DNA of 64,000 bases from Camelus ferus (Eukaryota): assembly GCF_009834535.1 (NCBI RefSeq), contig NC_045696.1, positions 32,428,001-32,492,000 on the forward strand, in the 5' to 3' direction. Position numbers and translations under genes: made by a program. Each line of letters opens with the position of its first letter. Position 1 is the stretch's first letter. The notes beneath the pieces were generated by a model. It saw only the letters and a list, made by a program, of their open reading frames with translations, searched no databases and was not told where the DNA came from. This document shows, one piece after another, positions 54,076 through 64,000 of the stretch.

Positions 54076-55321
54076 TTCAATTAGTGATGCTTATTTTCAT
54101 ACTTGAATACTCTCTCTGCCTTCCCCTCCTCAACATATCACACACATACATCTCTGATGCTCTAACCCCTGAGCATCATTTACATCATGTACCTGCTGAG
54201 AGGAAGGAGTCAGTAGATGTGTTAAAGACAGGGTAAAGCTACAAACATGTGATAGGGTTGTTGATATGGAAGGGACCCTGAGGAGATGAAAGGATTCATT
54301 TGGAGCCTAAACAAGCTGAATGGAAGGGTAAAGGGATTACTTTTGATGACAATTCATCCGTAAGTGCAATAAGTTTAGTTTGCTGAGAATTTTCTTAGGG
54401 TGTAGGTAACAAGTTTAAGAATGGGTACTGAAACTTTGGAATGACTACTGAATGGGAAAATAAAAAAGAAACAAAAGTACTTTTGAGCTGACCAGCTGAG
54501 TTTGAAAACCACTGACTTATACTTAATTGCATAATTTTCTTCAGCCAAGCTTTCTCGTAAGTCTAAGTGAATGAATGAAGGGGTGAGGTTTTAGAGAGCA
54601 ACTTAGGAAGGAGGATAAGGTGAGGTGGAGTCCCCGGTAAAGTTGAGGGCATTGTTGGTGTAGAAGATGACACAGTCTCTTGATTATGAATATAACATAA
54701 CACCTGAAAGTAGCTTTCCTAAAATTGGGAGAAGATAGGACATCAAGGAACTTGAAAGTCTCTGTGAATTTGAAGAACTTGGATATCGGCAAGTGAGAGT
54801 GAGAGACCTAGAAAGACTTGGGCCAAGAACTAGTAATTGACATCAAAGATACCCCTAGAAATATCAAATCCATAATGGCTGGTGACACAGACTAGGCATA
54901 GCCATGGGAATAAGATGCCAATGTCTTCAGTGAGCTGTGGTGGAAGGAGAGTTTAGAGTTGGAAGGAGCCACAGAGCAGTGGCAAAGGACAGGAGTGACC
55001 TGAAAATTGTTGCCTCAGGGGCTTGAATTTGGGGGCAGGGCCAAGAATTTCTGTAGAAATGACTCATTTAAAGTTTGTAAATAGAAATTTGGAATGAGTT
55101 CCCCTACCCCAAAGTTGTGGGGAGGATTTGAATGGCTGAATTCTTTAGTCATTTTTTATTCTAGAAGTCTATGGAAATTTATACTAGTAATAATTTCAAT
55201 TAGAGGGGTTTATTTTATGCATTGGAGGAAGAGATGAGAACTATTCAGATTAACGGTAGCAGAACTTTATTGTACATAAAACATCACCAAAAGAGTGTGT
55301 TCAAAATACAAAGCCCATGTA

Positions 55322-55405
55322 GGTATGTATATGCATGACTGGGGTATTGTGCTATACACCAGAGATAGACATATTGTAATTGACTCTACTTCAATTTAAA
55401 AAAAA
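55322..55405 (+). mobile_element. L1 extreme 3' tip with A tail
   Basis: tatgtatatgcatgactgggg...gctatacaccagagatagacatattgtaattgactctacttcaatttaaaaaaaa matches the reverse complement of the L1 tip at 3821-3905. Confidence 0.8.
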
Positions 55406-57894
55406 GTTACATTTTCCAAACAAACAAACAAACAAATGCAAATTCCAGACTCCAATCCTACAATTCCTGGTTCAGATAACTTTGAAAGGGCATAACATTT
55501 TATTTTTTAAAAAAAAAACATTCCTCATGGCAATTAATGAGCTTTGCATGAGATTGACAACAAAGTCCTGAAATCTCTAATATCACCCTAATACTTCCAC
55601 CTGTATGTCTGAGGTCATAGTCATCTCATACCTTTGAACACTTTTTTGACACTATCTCAGAAAAAAAAATTCACTATGTTCCAATCATAGAGCTCACTAT
55701 TCCACTGAGAGAGAACAGAACAAAAATATTCCAAACAGCTGAAATAAATACTTTAGGTGATGCACTTCATTCTATTAGGTATAAGTCATAGATATATATA
55801 AACAACTATTGAGCACATGTACGTTAAGATCTCAATTTAAAATAAAAACATACATTTATTTCTGAGTCTTTTTTCCAAAAAGGAGAATTTTTAAGCTAAT
55901 AAAATACTAAATATGGAATATTTAAAACAAAGCACTCCTTGAAGTCTAAATTTAGTCAAGGCCTAGAGAATATATCAAATGACATGCATAAATTGTTGTC
56001 CCAGACAACCTTATATAATGATCAATTTATTTATGCATTTTTTTTAACACAAGGAAGTGTGTGTATGTATGTATGTATGTATGTGTGTTTTCCTCCTTCA
56101 AACAGGCTGCTAGAATTACCTTTTCTTTCCCCCTGTGGTTGGTGAACGAACTCAGTGAGGAAAACCTTATGGATGGCCTCATTAGAGGATTCCTGAAATT
56201 GCTTACTTGTGACTACCCGCCTGGAAAGCAATCTCTTGCTCCTTTGCCAGAGTGCTGGAGAAGTGGGGGTTATTGAACCCTCTGTCATGTAAGGAGCTAG
56301 CAAATAGAGATAGGTTATGCTGAGAGAAATCACAAAACTCCATTGTGTAGATGAATTCTGATTTGCGTATCGCCCCATAGAACCAGAGAATGGAATTTTT
56401 TTTTCCGATTATGGGTAATATAGAAATATGGCTAGACTAACAATCAGCTTCTTTCTTTGGATCATGCTTTAGAGCTACAAGTTTAACTATTTCTCTATAA
56501 ATTGCATTATTTTGAATGAATCAAAAGAGAACTTCTACAGGAAACGATGCTTAGAATCATAGTAACACAATATATCACAGTGCTCAGAGACTACAATTTG
56601 AAGAGCATCTAATTCATTCTCAGGCTGGGTTAAAAATCATTCATTTGGAACGCTGGTGCCAGATTATACCTCTAAGCTTTCTTTGGATTTCTAGTGCCTA
56701 TTCCAATTCCTGACATCTGTGGGCAATCAGTAAATGTTTGTTTGGTAAATGATAAAATAGATGTCAATCTATTGATTAACTTTGCTAAATGTATCCTTTG
56801 CAAAATTTTAGCAGGGTCACAGTTACGAAGTTTTCCTAGTATCTCCTTCACTTTAAGCAGATTTCCTCCTATTTTTTCAGTAGAAAGAAATAATTTTCAG
56901 TAATTATACTTGTACTACTAAATTTATATGCTTAAAGATTTTCACTAACTGCTGTTATTTTATCAACTAAAATCAGCGTGTAATTTCCTTTTTACTTAGA
57001 TTGTAATTTCTTAATTTCGTAAGTTCTGTTACCTGTCTCTTAACCGACCTCAACATTTTAATTTTCACTTTTTTTGAGTTTGAAACTTTCAAACTAATAT
57101 AGCACTAGAAACCGAAAACAGTTATTAAAATATTGTGTCAAAGTTAAGATTTTTCTCAAAATATCAATATAACCACACATTCATTCATTCACTCAACCAT
57201 TCAACAAATAAAACCCCATCATGTTTCAGAAACATGGGGAATACAGCTATGGAAAAACAAATTATTGCTTTATTTATACTATTACCTGCACTTTGAATTT
57301 TACATTCTCATGAGGATTGTTGACTATCAGATTACATATTGTCATTCTGCTTTGGTTTTGTACAATGTTTCTTGTTTTGGCTGTCTGCTTATTTTAACGA
57401 AATTTTATTCTATATATTTCTGATAATACCTAAAGATCATTTTGAAGTCATTTTCAGTATTATCCTCTCAAAGTCAAACCAATTTATTTAATTTCTTATT
57501 GCTTCTGAAAACAAAAGTAAAATTGCTGAGCCATGATCCCTCACCGCCTGTTACTTGCTCATGTTATTGTGTCATTTTAAAGTTAAATAGGATCTTACTG
57601 TTTTGCTGTCTTACTGTCTCAGTTTCTATCCACTTAGGAGAAGAGATAGTGTTCAATGGAGGTGATAAAATACACCAGTATATAATGATTGTTTATAACT
57701 AGTCAGAAACTTACATTTAGGGATTATGTACAAGCCTAGTTTTGATCGTTTTATTTTTCAGGCCCATTTCTCAATGAGTTATTCAAATAATAGATGACAA
57801 CTCAGCATATTTACTGTTCATACCAATTCTTCACATGCTATGGATTTAATTCACTGTGATTTTTAGCTTTCCACTTGTTTTTTGCCATATCAAA

Positions 57895-58110
57895 GAGTTG
57901 AAAAGCTTGGACGTTAGAGTCAGGCACACCCAGCTTTCGGGAACAGCTCTATAACTTTTACAGCGTGATGACTATGGGCAGGTTTGAACTTCTCTGACTC
58001 TTGGTCTTCTCATCTGTCATAAAACCATTCCTCCTCCTCTCCTAAGGTAATAGTACAAATTACTTTGCATTGTGTTTGGCATGCAATTGGTACCCAATAA
58101 ATGGGGTCAT
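57895..58110 (+). mobile_element. MIR SINE
   Basis: ttagagtcaggcacacccagc...gactatgggcagg...aacttctctgactc...tctcatctgt. Confidence 0.65.
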
Positions 58111-59129
58111 AATGCAGCTCTTATATTTTACACCATTGAATCTTTGACATATTGTGGGCCAGTGGTTCTTTCAATCCACTAGTAAAATGAAGAGGGATGA
58201 AGCAGCAAACTTTGATTTAAGGTAATGAGAAGATAATGTGTGACTGAATTAGATCGACATTGAGGGAGCCTTGGTAGTTCTGTGATTAGGCTGGGGCCGG
58301 TGTAAACGTGTGCCACATTTCTATTTTGCCAAATTAGTCTGGACTTTGAAGCCTGATGAAGTGAGAATAACTATGGAATACAGAGATTAATTTGAAAAGA
58401 AAATCCTACAGAATTAAATGAGAGAATTTATTTAGTAAACTAAGTAAGCCGTGTGGTTTCTCTTAGCACTGATTAGGAGTTTTGAAACTTTTCTTCTTCG
58501 CTGAAGAAGTTAAGAGACTTTCAGCCACTCGGTACACACTCTTTAAACTCAGCTTCCAACAGGGTTTTAGAAGAGTAGAGATAATTTTTCTTTTTCTTTT
58601 TAATTTGGTCATGTTTCCAGTAAAAAATAATAATAAAATATATATCGTACATACATATAATGATTGTCAGCATTTACCAGGATTCCAAATAGTAGTTTGA
58701 AAACTCTAGATAGATATCATGTGATTATACTTTTACTAAAGGAACAAAATCACTATTCAACTAAATCTGACTTTAGAAAGTATATTATAACAAAATTTCT
58801 CTTAAAAATACTTCCTTGAAATGATAATTTTTAAAAATTTGGTTGATAGTGAGATAAACTATACGTGAAGAAATTTTTAAATAAAAGTAAACATTCTAGA
58901 AAACCACCATGTTTTTACTTGAATAAATATTGCTTTCACTAGAGGAGGACATCCCTATTACCTAAATCACATTCACACTCCACATACCAGAACTTTTATG
59001 TTTACTTTTCCATCATACCCTTCCAGTCCCGCCTCGTTTATGAAACTGCATTAGAAACAGCCCATAGGAATATTTCCTTCTTAACTCAATATATTTGCTT
59101 TAATAGCCATTTTATTATTAATCACACAT

Positions 59130-59850
59130 TGGCATTAATAGTAAATTTTTATTACTTTCTGAGTATACAAAGAAAGCATTATTGTTAAGAAAAACACATC
59201 AAAGGAAAGAAAAATCACTCATTACCTCATTGTGCAGAACATTAACAATGCTCATTGATACCCTACAATCATTGTACTAAAATTATGTGTTAATGCTTCA
59301 TTATATCTTGGCATGTTTTCTTTCAATATTTTCTCAATAGGAGATAATAGTAATAGTAATGATAATAATGTAAAATGGGAATTGAGGCAAGTAGATGACT
59401 GCATTCTTCTTTTGTTCTTATTCTTTTGCTTAGTATTAGTTTTGAGCATGTATCTAACCACTAAAAGTTTATCAAAAATATAATTTGATTACTAAAAATT
59501 ATTCCCTACAGAGTTTTTTTTTAAGTCTTATTTAATGATTCCCTTATTTTAAGGCATTCAGTTGGTTTACAATACTTCAATTTAATAGAATATATAATGC
59601 CACAGCAAGCATTTAAGTGCAAATGATTATCTGCATCTTAGATCTGTTTGGTTTCTAACTCCTAGTGTTTGAAAGCAGCCACATTTGATAATTTTCCATG
59701 AATATAAATGCCAAAGGATGTACTCAACTACTTGTCTTTTATTTATATTATGTATATTATTATTTATATTATTTATATTATTTTATTTATATCAACCTAG
59801 TCAAAATGATGGTTAATGATTTCCTCTTATCAATAGTTGTAGATTTCAAT
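59130..59850 (-). mobile_element. Ancient L1 (L1ME-like) relic
   Basis: tttaatgattcccttattttaaggcattcagttggtttacaa and neighbouring tracts resemble antisense old L1M. Confidence 0.45.
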
Positions 59851-62800
59851 CCTGTCCTAGTTCCAAGACAAAGGAATGATAGTTAAGGGTCATGTGCCAT
59901 ATTCTGAAAAAAATTATTTTAATTCTTATATGCACTGTGTATACAAAATAGTCATAAAGGACAGATTGATAGATATTTCACTTTCTTTCTCAGTGAGTAT
60001 GGTTGCATTTTAATGCCTACTATTCATAAAGACAAAGTTCAATAGATAACTAATATAGAACAGGAATCTGAAATGAGTTTGGGGAGTGTATATTTTGAAG
60101 AGATAGGGAAAAAGTACACATATGACTTACTAATGAGTTGATTTATTTAACGTGAAATTCTGGTTGAATGTAAATTACTTTATCACCTTCTCTATGAATT
60201 GCAAACAAATTCTCCCTTTTGTACTATAATTTTTCTGTGCAATGTTTCTATGAAATTTTTCAGAGATTTAGCAGAAAATCAGTATATTTAATCACTTTAA
60301 TTTCTCAAGTCAAATTGATTGCCATCCATTAACTCAATCAACAATTCTATACTCCAGTATGCCATGCATTTTGGGCTGCTTGACTGTCCCTGAAATTTTA
60401 TGGACAATCTACTAAGACAAATAAGGAATATGTATCAAAAAGGACAATGTAGTGATGGTATTTGCACTCTAGAAATTTTCTAATCAAAATATTCAGTTGT
60501 CAGGAATATAACAGTAGAAGGTTAAAGTAATTTAGAGTCAGACTCAAAGTCATCTTCTTATCTGTATAATGTAAAAGCAAGGTAGAGTTATTTAATGTAA
60601 AACATTCTTATAAATGAAAGTAATTATTTCATTTTGTTACATTACTATTGGAGGAATTCAATCTAATGCAATTCCATTAGGAGAATTGCTTATGTGCAAC
60701 ATATTTTAAGATTAAAAGGTGAGACTGGTACATTGCAGTTAGAAGTCAGAGAATTGATGTATTTCTGAGGTTTTTGCAGATATGTCTACATTCATGAATG
60801 GTAAAGGCAGAAGAGATGGCAGAGATGCATGATCTTGTGCCTGAGTTTAAAGTAGTTACAGGATATCACTTGATCTGCTCCCCACAACCAGAGAAGGTGC
60901 CATTTTCATTTTAGTCATTATTAGGAAAGTTGGTTGCTACTCAAGGTTATAAAAACCCAGAGAAGAAACCTGCCCTACTTCATTATTCAGCCTCTCATTC
61001 CCCTCCATTTGGTCCTTAACCTCTCCTGGTCTTAGGCTTCTGTCTGTATAATTAATAGCCTTTTTTAGGGACTCTTCTAAATCCAAAATTCTATTGATCA
61101 ACTTTACAAAAACATAGTTAGTATAAAAATTGAGATGAAGAGGCAGCCGGGGGTAACAAGTACAACCACCAGGTCAGAGTCCTAATCTTGCTCCACCACT
61201 AAAAAATTATGTGACCTTAGGTTTCAGTGTCGTCACCATTAAATGATGGTCTCAGGATCTCTGAGATTTATTTTCAGCCTAAAATCCACAATGATAACAT
61301 AGGCCTTTAATTCTCTTAGGCAAGAAAAGGAGCTATCTGAATTCTATTCAGTGACATGATATAACATTGTTTCCATCACTTTTTATTAATTTAATTTCTG
61401 TTAGTCAATATTTTTCAACTTTAGATATTGCTCTCTTTTAATGTGTATACACACTCAGTCATAATTCTCACAGGTAGTCAAGTATTTCGTATTACTTTGG
61501 TCGCCTTCAGTGTTTCCTTCCTTGGATTTTAATCCCCCTATCTTAGTAATGCCATTTAATCAATGCTAGTCAATGAACTTAACATTCATGACATGTTTCC
61601 CATTTTTTAGTTGATTCTCATAATAGGCAGAGTTATATTTTAACATAGTTTACCAAACTTGATTTTCTTTATTTTGGCTATCACTGTTCATAAAAATAAA
61701 TATGAAGTTGATTTTAATTCACTTTATTAACATTCTGGATTTGCCATCTTGGTGCAGAATCCCTCCAAGTATGGTAATATTACCTAGGTACCAAGATAAA
61801 ACAAATAACCACATTTACCTAAAAATAATTTTACAAGTATCTCCCATGTAGAGAGACATAGTGGTGGCAAAAGAAAATTACATGTAAAAGAAATCAAACT
61901 GTAATAAGAAAGGAGGTCATGACAGAGGAGATGAAAGAAATATATGAAGAATCATTTGAAGTTCATAGAGAACTTTAAACAATGTAGAAGTGATAGAACT
62001 GACTGAGAGAAACAATATAAGAAGAGGAAGTGAAGAACAGGGAGAAAAGTTCAAATTGTAAGAACAGAATAAGAATGTGCAATAAATTAACTGAAAATGT
62101 ATACAGACAGAGACCTGCTCTAAATGTAATATCGTATTATGTCTTCTGTTTGCTGCCCATAAATATTAATTTATGTATACAAAACCAGAGAAAGCATGTT
62201 GGAAATGGACACAATCTGCCCATCAACCAAGTTTTGTTCACATAATATTATACAGATGATTCAAGAAAGTTTTCATGTGCTTCTTAAGAGATGCACTGTT
62301 TTGGTCATCTCCTGTTTACATTTTCCTTGCCCTCTATCTAACCTGACAGTTGTGACACTGATGTCTTCTCCTTCTCGATGATTTGTGAATTCCTTACCCC
62401 TGTTCACTCTCATTGTTGCTCTTGCATACTGATGGAACCACCCCCCACCTTCAGACAATAAAGTTTAAAATTATTCACAGTAATCTATACTACATGCCAT
62501 TTGACTCATTATAACACAGTAAATGGCTACAGAATATCAAAAAGCTTGCCAAGAAGTCAAAGACATCAGTTTTTACATGAACAGGTGTATATACAGACAT
62601 CAAGAAAGTAGATAATTCTCTTTTGCTTTAAAACAGAATGAAAGGAAGTAGAATGGTTAAGAATACAAAAACAATGTAAAATAAAAGCCCAAAAACTATT
62701 AAAAATAATGCTTTCCATAAATATATATTTGTTCTTTTTCACAAAAGGGATTTTAGTTATTGAACAGTCGATGACATTTTCTGGTCAGTTGACAATATAA

Positions 62801-63038
62801 ATGTTGCCCTCAGCCAAGAGGCCAGATTTCAGAGTTTGAGAGTCTAAGCCTGTGTTTGTTTTGTTTCTGCAGTCTTTGAAGTATTAAATATACTATTAGA
62901 GAAGGGACAAAGGGATATGTTTATAATATTATCTAAACCCAAAGATAACCTGCATGAATACTTTGAAAATAATTTTCAATGAGAAATAGAAACAATAAAA
63001 GAAAAATGATTCAAGTAATGGCTATGATATCAGTTCTT

Positions 63039-63253
63039 TTTTTTTTAACATTTTTTATTGATTTATAATCATTTTACAATGTTGTGTCAAATTCCAGTGT
63101 TCAGCACAATTTTTCAGTCATTCATGGACATATACACACTCATTGTCACATTTTTTTCTCTGTGAGTTATCATAACATTTTGTGTACAGACTGGGATTTC
63201 AAAATTGTAGAGTAGATAAACAAGATTACACTGTATAGCACAAGGAAATATAC
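63039..63253 (-). mobile_element. Young camelid L1 3' fragment with 5' inversion (twin priming)
   Basis: T-tail plus antisense 3' tip 63039-~63186, then sense 3' UTR piece ~63187-63253; perfect 10-bp TSD atcagttctt at 63029-63038 and 63254-63263. Confidence 0.85.
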
Positions 63254-63759
63254 ATCAGTTCTTGAATAAAGTTAAATATGAGTCCTTTTTTATAAGAGAG
63301 GGTTTGTTGAGCATTTCTTCTTACTGTTCGGATATACTTGACTTATAATAGGAGGGCATATATTGATATACTAAATATCTTATATCTACATCATGAATTA
63401 GGATAAGTGTGTAAGTTCTTTAAGTCAATCCTATAAATAATCAGGATGCAATCCTGTTAAGTAAACCAATATGCTTAATTGTTTAACAAACTATATTGTA
63501 ATAAATGCCCTTGAGTTGATTTTGGAGCAAGTTTGATTTCTTGTATACCTCAAATAGGGTGTAAAGCCTGTGTGTTGCACAATTATGTCATGTTGTTTCT
63601 TTTAATTGAATTATGAATTATTAAGTAAATTTAAATTATACACATCACAGACCTACTGTAATCTTGGCCATAAATTATATGAAACCATACTTTACTAAAT
63701 TGGTGCTATGGAACAAATTATAGGGAAATAATAATCATCCAACCAGTATTTCAGTTCAA

Positions 63760-64000
63760 CTCACTAATCCTATGAATGGCTACCATGTAGCCTCAATATT
63801 TTCTCCAGCCCCATCCCATTCGTCTGCAGACATTTCGAGTCAAACTCCTCAAAAGATGACTTCAATGCCTTCTTCTCTTTCTTTCCAAACCTCTTTCAGT
63901 CAGGCATTTATGCCCACTATTTCACAATTTTGCTTTTGTTAAGATCATCAATGCCTTCCATGCTGTGAAACACACTTCTGTGTTTCTCATGTTACTTGAC
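63760..64000 (+). mobile_element. L2 LINE RT-region fragment
   Basis: cagtcaggcatttatgcccacta...tgcttttgttaagatcatcaatgccttccatgctg...ctcatgttacttgac resembles L2 ORF2 (QSGF...TALxKVxNDL). Confidence 0.6.

Noticed and set aside
1..64000. CRISPR arrays, prokaryotic operons, NUMT or non-retroviral endogenous viral element
   Set aside because: No regularly spaced repeats, gene-dense blocks, mitochondrial genes or recognisable viral proteins by eye. A very decayed EVE cannot be excluded without blastx.

Overview
AT-rich, CpG-poor mammalian DNA, most likely from a camelid (alpaca/llama/camel), judged from a tRNA-derived SINE with the AATAAA-CCTAATTACCTCCCC tail (vic-1 type) and camelid-style L1 3' UTRs. 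I see no intact protein-coding exon, CpG island or RNA gene, so this looks like a gene desert or a large intron. Most recognisable content is mobile DNA: L1 pieces (two with twin-priming inversions), L2/CR1/MIR relics, ERV1/ERVL/MaLR/Gypsy-type solo LTRs and hAT MITEs. The main non-repeat feature, invisible in the ORF track, is a decayed intronless retrocopy of CTAGE5/MIA2 at ~29.7-31.5 kb (+). It appears to come from an exon-skipped transcript, lacks the proline-rich C-terminal domain, and is preceded by ~600 bp of unexplained GC-richer DNA fused to a 3'-truncated L1. Other points of interest are a 39-bp hairpin built from inverted MLT1 pieces, a five-tract G-quadruplex motif and a probable Charlie-type transposase fossil. 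I found no convincing novel biological system. Family names come from recalled consensus sequences and were not checked by a database search.
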